This document shows, in pieces, positions 1 to 9,795 of a DNA stretch of 64,000 nt. Position 1 is the first letter of the stretch. Each line of letters opens with the position of its first letter. The stretch is from contig JAHFPN010000002.1 in the NCBI GenBank assembly GCA_023269635.1, positions 1,770-65,769 on the forward strand. The letters are read 5' to 3'. Origin of the DNA: Hyphomicrobiales bacterium. GTDB lineage: Bacteria; Pseudomonadota; Alphaproteobacteria; Rhizobiales; Xanthobacteraceae. The notes beneath the pieces are model-generated. The model made no database searches. It was not told the DNA's origin and saw only the letters and a list, made by a program, of their open reading frames with translations. Made by a program: the position numbers and the translations under genes.

Positions 1-47
1 ACGTCCTCGGCGAAAAGGACGCCGTTACGTTCCTCGAAATGGTGCAT
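1..47 (-). CDS. lysA: diaminopimelate decarboxylase, N-terminal 15 codons only (gene runs off the window)
   Basis: Reverse strand from ATG (45-47) reads MHHFEERNGVLFAEDV, which resembles the conserved LysA N-terminus. Its position downstream of argH and the small lipoprotein matches the usual synteny. Confidence 0.6.
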   Translation of the reverse strand, partial: MHHFEERNGVLFAED

Positions 48-61
48 GGCGTGGCGCGCGC

Positions 62-292
<231 letters not shown>

Positions 293-357
293 GGCAGGAC
301 TCCGAAAGTCGGGGGCACTATAGCGGAAACCAAGGCGGGAGCGAGGCCCGAGCGGCG

Positions 358-1752
358 TCAGCGTTTCGGCTCGCGCTGCAAGCGTTTCAGCCATTTCTTC
401 GCCTGCGCGCGCACGTTCCTGGGCGCGGTGCCGCCATAGCTCGTGCGCGACCGCACCGAGCGGTGGACACTGAGCGACTTCGCGGCGTCCGCAGTGATGC
501 GCCGCTCGATCGCCTGCATTTCCGAAAGCGGCAGCCGCGTGAGCGAAAGGTTCAGCGCCGCCGCGCGGGCGACGATCTTGCCGGTGATCTCGTGCGCCTC
601 GCGGAACGGGAGTTTTAGATTCTGCACCAGCCAGTCGGCGAGGTCGGTCGCGGTGGAATAGCCTTCGGCCGCCGCCGCCTTCATGCGCTTCTCGTCCGGC
701 TCGAGGTCGCGCACCATGCCGGTGGTCGCGGCGACCGCGAGCGCGAGCGTCGAGAGCGCGTCGAAGGTGCCCTCCTTGTCCTCTTGCAGGTCCTTGGCAT
801 AGGCCAGCGGCAGGCCCTTCATCACCACGAAGAGCTGCATGAGCGCGCCGATGATGCGCCCGGCCTTGGCGCGCACCAGCTCGGCGGCGTCGGGGTTCCG
901 CTTCTGCGGCATGATCGAGGAGCCGGTGGTGAAGCGGTCGGAGAGCTTGACCAGCCCGAACGCCGGCGAGGTCCAGACCACGATCTCCTCGGCGAAGCGC
1001 GAGAGATGGATCGCGGCGATGGCACAGGCCGAGAGCGTCTCCAGCGCGAAGTCGCGATCGGAAACCGCGTCGAGCGAATTCGCCGCCGGCCGGTCGAAGC
1101 CGAGCGCCTTGGCGGTGGCTTCGCGGTCGATCGGGAACGGCGTGCCGGCGAGCGCGCCGGCGCCGAGCGGAGATTCGTTCAGGCGCTTGCGCGCGTCCGC
1201 GAGCCGCCCGCGGTCGCGCGCGAGCATCTCGACATAGGCGAGCAGATGGTGGCCGAAGGTCACCGGCTGCGCCGGTTGCAGATGGGTGAATCCCGGCATC
1301 ACGGTGGCGGCATGCGCTGCCGCCTTCTCGGCCAGCGCGCGCATCAGCTCGGCGAGCGACCGGTCCAGCCCGTCGATCGCCTCGCGCACGTAGAGCTTGA
1401 GATCGGTCGCGACCTGGTCGTTGCGCGAGCGCGCGGTATGCAGCCGTCCGGCCGCCGCGCCGATCAGCTCTTTCAACCGCGCCTCAACGTGGGTATGGAT
1501 GTCCTCGAGCGCGCGCTTGAACTTGAACTCGCCGCGCTCGATCTCTGACAGGATCGTGTCTAGACCGCGGGCGATCTTTTGCGCATCTTCCGCCGCGATG
1601 ATGCCCTGTTTCTTGAGCATTGCGGCGTGGGCCTTGGAGCCCGCAATGTCCTGGCGGTAAAGGTGACGGTCGAAATCGATCGAGGCGTTGATCTCCTCCA
1701 GCGTCGCGTCCGGCCCCGCCGCGAAGCGGCCGCCCCACATCCGGTTATTCAT
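358..1752 (-). CDS. argH: argininosuccinate lyase
   Basis: 464-aa ORF with an MWGGRF N-terminus and the fumarate-lyase signature [12 protein letters not shown]. Confidence 0.95.
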   Translation of the reverse strand: MNNRMWGGRFAAGPDATLEEINASIDFDRHLYRQDIAGSKAHAAMLKKQGIIAAEDAQKIARGLDTILSEIERGEFKFKRALEDIHTHVEARLKELIGAAAGRLHTARSRNDQVATDLKLYVREAIDGLDRSLAELMRALAEKAAAHAATVMPGFTHLQPAQPVTFGHHLLAYVEMLARDRGRLADARKRLNESPLGAGALAGTPFPIDREATAKALGFDRPAANSLDAVSDRDFALETLSACAIAAIHLSRFAEEIVVWTSPAFGLVKLSDRFTTGSSIMPQKRNPDAAELVRAKAGRIIGALMQLFVVMKGLPLAYAKDLQEDKEGTFDALSTLALAVAATTGMVRDLEPDEKRMKAAAAEGYSTATDLADWLVQNLKLPFREAHEITGKIVARAAALNLSLTRLPLSEMQAIERRITADAAKSLSVHRSVRSRTSYGGTAPRNVRAQAKKWLKRLQREPKR

Positions 1753-1784
1753 GGCTCCATTCCCCGTCGGAGGGCATTGACGCG

Positions 1785-2456
1785 ATGACCGAGCGACCCG
1801 AACAAGGCGCGCGCAAGGCGGCCCGGCCGCTGACCTTGATGCTGTTGGCCGCGCTGTTCGGCGCGGCCGCCGGGCTGCTGGCGGTATACGGGATCGGCGG
1901 CCTCACGCGCAACGCGGATACGGTGGCCGATCCCGCCTGCGCCGGCGCGGTCGAGGCCGCGAAACGCTTGATCCCGCTCGCGCGCGGCGAGGTGGCGGCG
2001 TTCGTGGCTGCGACCGCGCCGCGGCGGTTGCCGGCGTTTACCTTCCGCGACGGAACCGGCAAGGCGTTCACGCTCGCGGACTTCAAGGGCAAGACGGTGC
2101 TGTTGAATCTATGGGCCACCTGGTGCGTGCCCTGCCGCAAGGAAATGCCGACCCTGGACGCGCTGCAGCGCGCGCTCGGCGGCGCCGAGTTCGAGGTGGT
2201 GGCGCTCAATCTCGACACCCGCGATCTCGAGAAGCCGAAGCGCTTTCTCGCCGAGATCAACGCGCGCGATCTCGCTTTCTACGAGGACCAGAGCTTGAGC
2301 GCGTTCGAGGCGCTGAAGCGCGCCGGCCGCGTGGTCGGCCTGCCGACGACGTTCCTGATCGACGGCCAAGGCTGCGAGCTTGGGCTCCTTGCCGGACCCG
2401 CGGAATGGGCGAGCGCGGATGCGCAGGCGCTGATCCGAACGGCGCTCGGACGGTAG
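1785..2456 (+). CDS. tlpA: thiol:disulfide interchange protein TlpA (membrane-anchored periplasmic thioredoxin)
   Basis: 223 aa with an N-terminal anchor and the motif [14 protein letters not shown]. The C-terminal GPAEWAS region is colinear with Bradyrhizobium TlpA as I recall it. Confidence 0.9.
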   Translation: MTERPEQGARKAARPLTLMLLAALFGAAAGLLAVYGIGGLTRNADTVADPACAGAVEAAKRLIPLARGEVAAFVAATAPRRLPAFTFRDGTGKAFTLADFKGKTVLLNLWATWCVPCRKEMPTLDALQRALGGAEFEVVALNLDTRDLEKPKRFLAEINARDLAFYEDQSLSAFEALKRAGRVVGLPTTFLIDGQGCELGLLAGPAEWASADAQALIRTALGR

Positions 2457-2491
2457 GGTGGGCAAAGGCGCGTTAGCGCCGTGCCCACGGC
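2451..2491. repeat. REP hairpin (left copy) CGGTAGGGTGGGCAAAGGCGCGTTAGCGCCGTGCCCACGGC
   Basis: Imperfect palindrome: GGTGGGCA pairs with TGCCCAC, and the inner GGCGC-GTTA-GCGCC also pairs. The reverse complement recurs at 3046-3089. The tlpA stop codon TAG (2454-2456) lies inside it. Confidence 0.8.
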
Positions 2492-2492
2492 A

Positions 2493-3023
2493 TCATTCTC
2501 CGAATGAGCCTTTGATCTCGCGCATGTCGCCGCCCCAGTCCGGAGGCAATTCGCCGCGCGTCACGTAGTTGTGGAAGCTGCTGTGCGGCCAATCGTATAC
2601 GCGCGACACCAGTCCGTGCTTGACCGGATTGAAGTGAATGTAATCGACGTGGCGAGCCAGGTCCGCCTCGTCGCGGACGGCGTGTTCCCAGTAGCGGCGC
2701 TGCCAGATTCCCTTTTCGCGCTTGGCGATCTTGCTCGCGGAACGCGATGCGGCAGCCGGAAGGCTGCGCGAAAAGCCTCCCTTGATGAGATTCCAGCGCA
2801 ACGGAAAGTCTGCATCTCCGTCAGGCAGCGACCAGACCGCATGCAGGTGATCCGGCAAGACGCAGATTGCGATCGTCTCGAACGGCCGATGTTGCTGTGC
2901 GGAACGATACGCGCGCCGCAACAGATCGACGTGCCGCACCAGGAGATCGCCCGACCGGTCGGCGAGCGTAACGGTGAAGAAGAATGTGCCGCCTTTGATC
3001 CGTGCGCGCCGATATCGGGACAT
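2493..3023 (-). CDS. REP-associated tyrosine transposase (RayT, IS200/IS605 Y1 HUH family)
   Basis: 176 aa with the HUH motif in PDHLHAVW and a C-terminal Tyr-containing helix region (HSSFHNYV). It is bracketed by inverted REP hairpins. Confidence 0.8.
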   Translation of the reverse strand: MSRYRRARIKGGTFFFTVTLADRSGDLLVRHVDLLRRAYRSAQQHRPFETIAICVLPDHLHAVWSLPDGDADFPLRWNLIKGGFSRSLPAAASRSASKIAKREKGIWQRRYWEHAVRDEADLARHVDYIHFNPVKHGLVSRVYDWPHSSFHNYVTRGELPPDWGGDMREIKGSFGE

Positions 3024-3045
3024 GCCGGAGGATAGATCGATTTTC

Positions 3046-3089
3046 GCCGCGTGGGCACGGCGCGTTCCGCGCCTTTGCCCACCCTACCG
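3046..3089. repeat. REP hairpin (right copy, inverted relative to the left copy)
   Basis: GCCGCGTGGGCACGGCGCGTTCCGCGCCTTTGCCCACCCTACCG is close to the reverse complement of 2451-2491. Confidence 0.8.
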
Positions 3090-3177
3090 AATTCGGGTGG
3101 CGCGCCGGCGCGGCTTGCGCCATTGTCCGCGCCGTTCAGGAACCCCGAGTCCTCCCTTGACCGAAAATCGTCTCACC

Positions 3178-4077
3178 ATGTCGGCGTCCGACTGGGCGCT
3201 CCTCGTCGTGCTCTCCACCTTCTGGGGCGGCTCGTTCTTCTTCACCAGCCTCACGGTGCGGGAGATTCCGCCGCTCAGCGGCGCGCTCGGCCGGGTCGCA
3301 ATCGCGGGCGCGGCGCTGTTCGTCGTCGTGCTGGCGCTGCGCCAGTCGATGCCACGAACGTTGCAGACGTGGGGGCCGATCGCAGTATTTGCCGTGCTGA
3401 ACAACGTGGTCCCCTTCAGCCTGCTGTTCTGGGGCCAGACCCAGATCGCCAGCGGCCTGGCCTCGATCCTGAACGCAACCGCGCCGCTGTTCACGGTCGT
3501 GGTCGCGAACTTCGCCACCACCGACGACAAGCTCACGCCCGCGCGCCTCGTCGGCCTGGTCGCCGGCTTCGCCGGCGTCGTCGTCATGATGGGGCCGGAT
3601 CTGCTCGGCGCTCTCGACAAGTACGTGCTGGCGCAGCTCGCGTGTCTCACCGCCGCATTCTTCTACGCGGTGTCGAGCGTCTATGGCCGCCGCTTCCGCG
3701 CCATCCCGCCCGCGACCCTCGCTTGCGCGCAGATGGCGGCCTCGACGTCGATCTTCATCCCGATCGTCGCCGCGATCGACCGGCCCTGGACGCTGCCGAT
3801 GCCTTCGGCGCAGGCGCTCCTGGCGCTCGCGGGGGTCGGCCTGATCTCGACCGCGGCCGCCTATCTCATCTATTTCCGCATCCTCGCGCGCGCCGGCGCC
3901 ACCAACATCATGCTGGTCACGTTCCTGATCCCGGTGAGCGCGATCCTGCTCGGGACGGTCTTTCTCGGCGAGACGCTGGCGCCGCGCCACTTCGCGGGCA
4001 TGGGCGCCATCGCGCTCGGGCTCTTGGCGATCGACGGCAGGCCGGCGCGCGCGCTCATGCGCGCGGTTGCGCCTTAA
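3178..4077 (+). CDS. DMT-superfamily (EamA-type) transporter
   Basis: From ATG 3178 (MSASDWALLVVLSTFWGGSFFF) the protein is about 299 aa and hydrophobic throughout, with two EamA-like halves. The upstream part of the 367-aa ORF overlaps RayT and the REP and is Arg-rich. Confidence 0.8.
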   Translation: MSASDWALLVVLSTFWGGSFFFTSLTVREIPPLSGALGRVAIAGAALFVVVLALRQSMPRTLQTWGPIAVFAVLNNVVPFSLLFWGQTQIASGLASILNATAPLFTVVVANFATTDDKLTPARLVGLVAGFAGVVVMMGPDLLGALDKYVLAQLACLTAAFFYAVSSVYGRRFRAIPPATLACAQMAASTSIFIPIVAAIDRPWTLPMPSAQALLALAGVGLISTAAAYLIYFRILARAGATNIMLVTFLIPVSAILLGTVFLGETLAPRHFAGMGAIALGLLAIDGRPARALMRAVAP

Positions 4078-4141
4078 TATCACTTGGCTGGCTCGCTAAC
4101 AATCGCCGCGTTCGCCCGCCAAGAACCGATTAGGAGCCCGC

Positions 4142-4546
4142 ATGCAAGTTCAGCCCTATTTGTTCCTCGACGGCCGCTGCGAGGAAGCGCTCGAGTTCTA
4201 CAAGAAGACGCTCGGCGCCGAGGTGACGATGCTGATGCGTTTCAAGGAAAGCCCCGATCCAGGCATGAGCCCGCCCGGCGGCGGGGACAAGGTGATGCAC
4301 TCGACCTTTCGCATCGGCGACACCACAATGATGGCGTCCGACGGCCGCTCCCAGGGTAATCCGAAATTCGAGGGCTTCGCGCTCTCGCTCAACGCCAAGA
4401 ACGATCCCGAGGCTGAGCGTCTGTTCGCCGCGCTCGGCGACGGCGGGCAGGTGCAGATGCCCCTGACCAAGACCTTCTTCTCCTCGCGCTTCGGCATGGT
4501 TGCGGACCGCTTCGGCGTGGGCTGGATGATCGTCGTGGCGCCCTGA
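4142..4546 (+). CDS. VOC (glyoxalase-fold) family protein, PhnB/YjdN-like
   Basis: 134 aa. The N-terminus MQVQPYLFLDGRCEEALEFYK and the C-terminal FGMVADRFGVGWMI are typical of this family. Confidence 0.75.
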   Translation: MQVQPYLFLDGRCEEALEFYKKTLGAEVTMLMRFKESPDPGMSPPGGGDKVMHSTFRIGDTTMMASDGRSQGNPKFEGFALSLNAKNDPEAERLFAALGDGGQVQMPLTKTFFSSRFGMVADRFGVGWMIVVAP

Positions 4547-4563
4547 AAGAAGGATTGAGATTC

Positions 4564-5085
4564 ATGGCTTCGAATAAATCCGAAACCGCGACCTCCAAGG
4601 AATTCGTGATTTCGCGCGTGTTCGACGCGCCGCGCGAGTTCGTATGGAAAGCGTTCACCGAGCCGGAACGCATGAAGCACTGGTGGGGCCCGAAGGGCTT
4701 CACGGTGTTCGCGTCCATGATGGATCTGCGACCGGGCGGCACCTACCACTACGGCATGAAGGCGCCGGACGGCACGCCGATGTGGGGCAAGTTCGTCTTC
4801 CGCGAGATCGCCGCGCCGGGGCGGATGGTATTCATCAACTCGTTCTCCGACGAAGCCGGCGGCACCACGCGCCACCCGATGCACCGGTCCTGGCCGCTGG
4901 AGATGCTCTCGACGTTCACTTTCGAGGAGCAGCCGGGCGGCAAAACCAAGCTCACGATCCGCTGGTCGCCGCACGCCGCGAGCGAGGAAGAGCGCAAGAC
5001 CTTCGACGCCGGCCACGGCAGCATGCAACAGGGCTGGACCGGAACCTTGGATCAGCTTGAGGCTTATCTGGCGAAGGCAACTTGA
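4564..5085 (+). CDS. SRPBCC-family protein (AHSA1/Aha1-like)
   Basis: VISRVFDAPREFVWKAFTEPERMKHWWGPKGF is a typical AHSA1-domain start. ATG 4564 has AAGGA upstream. Confidence 0.75.
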   Translation: MASNKSETATSKEFVISRVFDAPREFVWKAFTEPERMKHWWGPKGFTVFASMMDLRPGGTYHYGMKAPDGTPMWGKFVFREIAAPGRMVFINSFSDEAGGTTRHPMHRSWPLEMLSTFTFEEQPGGKTKLTIRWSPHAASEEERKTFDAGHGSMQQGWTGTLDQLEAYLAKAT

Positions 5086-5096
5086 GGAGGATTCCA

Positions 5097-5456
5097 ATGC
5101 AATACGTCGATGGATTTGTCGTTCCGGTCCCGAAGCGGAAACTCGGAGCCTATCGCCGCATGTCGCAGAAGGCGGGCAGGGTTTGGCGCTCGCACGGCGC
5201 GCTCGAGTTCCGGGAAAGCGTGGCCGACGACGTCAAGTTCGGGAAGCGGACCTCGTTCCCGCGCAGCGTGAAGCGCAAGCCGGGCGAGACGGTGGTGTTC
5301 TCCTGGATCGTCTACAAGTCGCGCGCACACCGCGATCGCGTCAACGCCAAGGTGATGAAGGACAAGCGCCTCGCCGGCATGATGGATCTCAAGGCGCTGC
5401 CGTTCGACGCCAAGCGCATGATCTATGGCGGCTTCAAGATCGTGGTCGACGCCTAG
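5097..5456 (+). CDS. DUF1428-family protein
   Basis: Starts MQYVDGFVVPVPKRKL. GAGGAGGA lies upstream of ATG 5097. About 119 aa. Confidence 0.7.
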   Translation: MQYVDGFVVPVPKRKLGAYRRMSQKAGRVWRSHGALEFRESVADDVKFGKRTSFPRSVKRKPGETVVFSWIVYKSRAHRDRVNAKVMKDKRLAGMMDLKALPFDAKRMIYGGFKIVVDA

Positions 5457-6334
5457 CGCGTCGGGACCGGCTTCTCGCCGCGATAGTCGTAGAAGCCGCG
5501 CTTGGTCTTGCGGCCGAGCCAGCCGGCCTCGACGTATTTCACCAAGAGCGGACAGGGGCGGTACTTGGAGTCGGCCAGGCCCTCGTGCAGCGTTTGCATG
5601 ACCGAGAGCACGGTATCAAGCCCGATGAAGTCGGCGAGCTCGAGCGGCCCCATCGGATGCCGCGCGCCGAGCTTCATCGCGGTGTCGATCGCCTCGACCG
5701 AGCCCACGCCCTCGTAGAGCGTATAGACCGCCTCATTGATCATCGGCAGCAGGATGCGGTTGACCATGAAGGCCGGGAAATCCTCGGCCACCGCATAGGT
5801 CTTGCCGAGCTTCTTCACGAAGGCCTTGGCGACCTCGAAGGTTTCGTCGCCGGTGGCGATCCCGCGCACCAGCTCGACCAGCTCCATCACCGGCACCGGA
5901 TTCATGAAATGGATGCCGATGAAGCGCTCCGGCCGGTCGGTGGAGGCGCCGAGCCGGGTGATCGAGATCGAGGAGGTGTTGGTGGCGAGCATCGCCTCGG
6001 GCTTCAGCTTCGGGCACAGCTCGGCGAAGATCTTGCGCTTCACTTCTTCCTTTTCGGTCGCGGATTCGATGATGAGGTCGCAATTCGCGAGCGCCTCTAG
6101 CTTTTCCGCCGGCGCGATGCGCGCGAGTGCCGTCTGGCGCGCGGCCTCGGTCACCGTGCCGCGCGCGACCTGCCGCGCGAGGTTCCCGTTGATGGTGGCG
6201 AGTGCCGACTTGATGCGATCCGGCGCCGCGTCGTGCAGGAGCACGTCATAGCCCGCGACCGCGGCGACATGGGCGATGCCGTTGCCCATCTGCCCGGCGC
6301 CGATCACCCCGATTTTTTCGATCTTGGCTGCCAT
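5453..6334 (-). CDS. hbd: 3-hydroxybutyryl-CoA dehydrogenase
   Basis: 293 aa with Rossmann motif IGVIGAGQMGNGIA. It shows 3-hydroxyacyl-CoA dehydrogenase N- and C-domain sequence throughout. Confidence 0.9.
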   Translation of the reverse strand: MAAKIEKIGVIGAGQMGNGIAHVAAVAGYDVLLHDAAPDRIKSALATINGNLARQVARGTVTEAARQTALARIAPAEKLEALANCDLIIESATEKEEVKRKIFAELCPKLKPEAMLATNTSSISITRLGASTDRPERFIGIHFMNPVPVMELVELVRGIATGDETFEVAKAFVKKLGKTYAVAEDFPAFMVNRILLPMINEAVYTLYEGVGSVEAIDTAMKLGARHPMGPLELADFIGLDTVLSVMQTLHEGLADSKYRPCPLLVKYVEAGWLGRKTKRGFYDYRGEKPVPTR

Positions 6335-6388
6335 TCGTTTCTTCTACGACGAATGTTCATCCCGCGCTATCGCTCGACAGAAAGCCGC

Positions 6389-7333
6389 TTAAGCCTTCGC
6401 TTTGGCGAGTTCCTTCTCGAGCTCCGGCAGCACCTGGAACAGGTCGCCCACCAAGCCATAGTCGGCGACCTGGAAGATCGGCGCCTCCTCGTCCTTGTTG
6501 ATGGCGACGATCACTTTGGAATCCTTCATTCCGGCCAGGTGCTGGATCGCGCCGGAGATGCCGACCGCGACATAAAGCTCCGGCGCCACCACCTTTCCGG
6601 TCTGGCCGACCTGCCAGTCGTTCGGCGCATAGCCGGCGTCCACCGCCGCGCGCGAAGCGCCGACCGCGGCGCCGAGCTTGTCCGCCACCGGCTCGATGTA
6701 TTTCGCGAAATTCTCCTTGCTCGCGAGCGCGCGCCCGCCCGAGATGATGACGCGGGCGGCGGTGAGTTCGGGCCGGTCCGATTTCGAGAGTTCCTCGGCC
6801 ACGAAGCTCGAGACGCCGGGGTCCGCGGCCGGCGCTACCGCTTCGATCGGCGCGCTGCCGCCGGCGCCCGCGGCCTGGAACGAAGCGGTGCGCACGGTGA
6901 TCAGCTTCTTCTTGTCGGTCGACTGCACGGTCTGGATCGCGTTGCCGGCATAGATCGGCCGCTCGAAGGTGTCGGCGGACAGGACCTTGGTGACTTCGGA
7001 GATCTGCATCACGTCCAAGAGCGCCGCCGCGCGCGGCATGAAGTTCTTGCCCGCGGTGGTGGCCGGCACCATGACGGCGTCGTAGTTCGGAGCGAGCTGC
7101 ACGATGAGCGCCGCCATCGGCTCCGCGAGCCGGTTGGCATAGAGCGGGGCGTCGGCCACCAGCACCTTGGTGACGCCCGCGAGCTTCGCCGCCGCTTCGG
7201 CGACCGGTCTGCAATTCGATCCGGCCACGAGCACGTGCACGTCGCCGGCGAGCGCCTTCGCCGCGGTCAGCGCCTTGGCGGTCGCGCCGTTCAGCTTCTT
7301 GTCGTCGTGCTCGGCGACCAGCAGCGTTGCCAT
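6389..7333 (-). CDS. etfA: electron transfer flavoprotein alpha subunit
   Basis: 314 aa with the C-terminal FAD region [19 protein letters not shown]. It directly abuts the etfB stop. Confidence 0.95.
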   Translation of the reverse strand: MATLLVAEHDDKKLNGATAKALTAAKALAGDVHVLVAGSNCRPVAEAAAKLAGVTKVLVADAPLYANRLAEPMAALIVQLAPNYDAVMVPATTAGKNFMPRAAALLDVMQISEVTKVLSADTFERPIYAGNAIQTVQSTDKKKLITVRTASFQAAGAGGSAPIEAVAPAADPGVSSFVAEELSKSDRPELTAARVIISGGRALASKENFAKYIEPVADKLGAAVGASRAAVDAGYAPNDWQVGQTGKVVAPELYVAVGISGAIQHLAGMKDSKVIVAINKDEEAPIFQVADYGLVGDLFQVLPELEKELAKAKA

Positions 7334-8080
7334 CTAGAGCACCCCGGCGCTTTTCAGCTTGTCGACGAGCTCGGCCGGCGAGCCGACCTTGACGCCGGCC
7401 TTGCGGCCTGCGGGCTCCGTCGTTTTCAGGACCTTGAGGCGCGGGGCGACCTCGACGCCGTAGTCGGCCGGGGTCTTGTCTTCGATCGGCTTCTTTTTCG
7501 CTTTCATGATGTTGGGGAGCGAGGCATAGCGCGGCTCGTTCAGGCGCAAGTCGGTGGTCACCACCGTCGGCATCTTGAGCTTCACCGTCTGCAGGCCGCC
7601 GTCCACCTCGCGCGTGACCTGGATCGCGTCGGATTCGATCGTGATCTTGGAGGCGAAGGTGCCTTGCGGCCAGCCCAAGAGCGCCGCCAGCATCTGGCCG
7701 GTCTGGTTGCAGTCGTCGTCGATCGCCTGCTTGCCGAGGATGACGAGGCCGGGCTTCTCCGCATCGACCACGGCTTTGAGAATCTTCGCCACCGCGAGCG
7801 GCTCGACCGTGTCGTCGTGCTTCACCAGGATGCCGCGGTCCGCGCCCATGGCGAGCGCGGTGCGGATCGTCTCCGCCGCCTGCGCCGGCCCGATCGAGAC
7901 GCAGACGATCTCGCTCGCCTTGCCCTGCTCCTTCAGGCGGATCGCTTCCTCGACGGCGATCTCGTCGAAGGGGTTCATCGACATCTTGACGTTGGCGAGG
8001 TCGACGCCGGTTCCGTCTGGCTTCACCCGGACTTTGACGTTGAAATCGACGACGCGCTTGACCGGCACCAGCACTTTCAT
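7334..8080 (-). CDS. etfB: electron transfer flavoprotein beta subunit
   Basis: Starts [12 protein letters not shown] from ATG 8078-8080, with GGGGAG upstream. Confidence 0.95.
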   Translation of the reverse strand: MKVLVPVKRVVDFNVKVRVKPDGTGVDLANVKMSMNPFDEIAVEEAIRLKEQGKASEIVCVSIGPAQAAETIRTALAMGADRGILVKHDDTVEPLAVAKILKAVVDAEKPGLVILGKQAIDDDCNQTGQMLAALLGWPQGTFASKITIESDAIQVTREVDGGLQTVKLKMPTVVTTDLRLNEPRYASLPNIMKAKKKPIEDKTPADYGVEVAPRLKVLKTTEPAGRKAGVKVGSPAELVDKLKSAGVL

Positions 8081-8113
8081 TCGCAACAACTCCCCCGCGC
8101 GAAGGCGGGCAAC

Positions 8114-8842
8114 CTATGGCTCGACCTTGGGTGTGTCAACGCGCGGGGCAAACTCGAGGCCGCGGTCGAACAGCTCGACGCCCGGCCGCCGCAAAACCAG
8201 AATCAGCGCCGCACCGGCGATCAAACCGCCGACGTGTCCCCACCAAGAAGTGTCGTCGTCGGTCTTGGCGAGAATGTTGATCGCCTGAAAGCCGATCCAG
8301 ATTCCGAGCACCCAAGCGGCCGAGAGCTTGAGTGGAATTCGGCCGAACGCGAGCACCCAGATCTTCACGCGCGGATGCAGCATGAGATAGGCGGCGATGA
8401 TGCCGGCGATCGCGCCCGACGCGCCGACCAGCGGCACCGTGGAAGTCTTCATCGAAAAGAAGTGCGCCACGCCGCCGGCGAACCCGCAGGCGATGTAGAA
8501 GCCGAGGAAGCGCCAATGCCCGATCGCATCCTCGATATTGTCGCCGAATACCCACAGGAACAGCATGTTGCCGATCAGGTGCATCCAACCGCCATGCAGG
8601 AACATGTAGGTGAGGAGGGTGAACTCCTCGGGCAGCGCGCCGTAGGCGGACGGCAGCCGCACGCCGTGGCCGATCTCGGCCGGGGTCATGCCGAACAGGA
8701 ACGCGGCGCGGTCGCCGATTTGCAGCACGAGTTCGGATTGGAACACGACGAATATGACTACGTTGATCGCGATCAAGAGCCACGTCATCCAGGGCTGCTT
8801 GATGTAACGCATCGGGTTGTAGTCATGCAGCGGAATGAACAC
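8114..8842 (-). CDS. rhomboid-family intramembrane serine protease
   Basis: GTG 8840-8842 gives VFIPLHDYNP. Catalytic GASGAI and a downstream WGHVGG lie in TM helices. The longer ORF N-terminus is Arg-rich and overlaps the preceding gene. Confidence 0.8.
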   Translation of the reverse strand: MFIPLHDYNPMRYIKQPWMTWLLIAINVVIFVVFQSELVLQIGDRAAFLFGMTPAEIGHGVRLPSAYGALPEEFTLLTYMFLHGGWMHLIGNMLFLWVFGDNIEDAIGHWRFLGFYIACGFAGGVAHFFSMKTSTVPLVGASGAIAGIIAAYLMLHPRVKIWVLAFGRIPLKLSAAWVLGIWIGFQAINILAKTDDDTSWWGHVGGLIAGAALILVLRRPGVELFDRGLEFAPRVDTPKVEP

Positions 8843-8856
8843 GCGCTTGCCCCCTG

Positions 8857-9432
8857 TTAGCGATTTGCCCCTGGCACCCACAGCACGTCGCGCTGGCCGC
8901 GCCCGTTCACGTAGCGCGCGGCGACAAACAGAAGATCGGATAGCCGGTTGAGATAGCGGATCGCGGGCGCACCGACGATTTCGCCCTTGGTCGCGGCGAG
9001 CTCGACCACCAGACGCTCGGCGCGGCGGCAAACCGTGCGCGCGAGATGCAAGTGCGCGGCCGCGGCCTCGCCGCCCGGCAACACGAACGAGGTGAGCGGC
9101 TTTAGCTCCGCGTTGAGCCGGTCGATGTCGGATTCGAGCCGCGTGACCTGAGCATCGGTGACGCGCAGTCGCTCGCCCTTGGCCTTGGGCTGCTCCGGCA
9201 CCGCAAGATCGGCGCCGAGATCGAACAGATCGTTCTGCACGCGGCCGAGGACCGCGTCCACGTCGCGCTCGTTTGCGAGATGCAGGCGGGCGACGCCGAT
9301 CGCGGCATTGGTCTCGTCCACCGTGCCATAGGCGGCGACGCGCAAATCGTATTTCGGCCGCCGCTCGCCCGAGCCGAGGGCCGTCGTGCCGTCGTCGCCG
9401 GTGCGCGTATAGATGCGGTTGAGCACGACCAT
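8857..9432 (-). CDS. PduO-type ATP:cob(I)alamin adenosyltransferase
   Basis: 191 aa with N-terminal RIYTRTGDDGTT and the AAYGTVDE motif. Confidence 0.9.
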   Translation of the reverse strand: MVVLNRIYTRTGDDGTTALGSGERRPKYDLRVAAYGTVDETNAAIGVARLHLANERDVDAVLGRVQNDLFDLGADLAVPEQPKAKGERLRVTDAQVTRLESDIDRLNAELKPLTSFVLPGGEAAAAHLHLARTVCRRAERLVVELAATKGEIVGAPAIRYLNRLSDLLFVAARYVNGRGQRDVLWVPGANR

Positions 9433-9545
9433 CGGGATTCCCGCCCCCTCGGCAACCGAGAGAACGCTATCCTAGCGCATCGTTGCACGGAACCAACGTG
9501 GCAAGGTGCGCCCCGGCCGCGCGCCGCTGTCGACCATCGACGGAT

Positions 9546-9740
9546 TCAGCGTCCGAGCGCCCAGATCGTCACCAAGACGATCACCAGCGCGACGGCCTGC
9601 AGGAGCACGCGCATCCGCATCAGCTTCTGCGACGTGTTGCCGGAGCCGGCGCGCGCCATGCTCCAGAGGCCGATCAGGAGCACGACCCCGACCGCGGCGA
9701 GCGCGATGGGAACGACGACGTATTGCAGCGTCCAGGTCAT
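9546..9740 (-). CDS. twin-transmembrane-helix small protein (HIG1-domain type)
   Basis: 64 aa with two hydrophobic helices separated by a short basic loop. Confidence 0.6.
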   Translation of the reverse strand: MTWTLQYVVVPIALAAVGVVLLIGLWSMARAGSGNTSQKLMRMRVLLQAVALVIVLVTIWALGR

Positions 9741-9795
9741 GAAGCTTTTCTAGCACGGACCCGTGGCCGGAGTTAGCCGCAGAGTCCGCGGCTCG

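Larger units (their letters stand above)
2451..3089 (-). mobile_element. REPtron-like unit: RayT gene flanked by inverted REPs
   Basis: One Y1 transposase gene sits between two REP copies in inverted orientation. Confidence 0.7.

Noticed and set aside
2974-3177. N-terminal extension of the DMT transporter ORF
   Set aside because: It overlaps the RayT gene start and the right REP and is Arg-rich. ATG 3178 gives a normal hydrophobic N-terminus.
6233-8860. 875-aa plus-strand ORF
   Set aside because: It is entirely antisense to hbd, etfA, etfB and the rhomboid gene, all of which are strongly recognisable. Its translation is Arg/Gly/Asp/His-rich with no recognisable motif. This is a typical shadow ORF of high-GC DNA.
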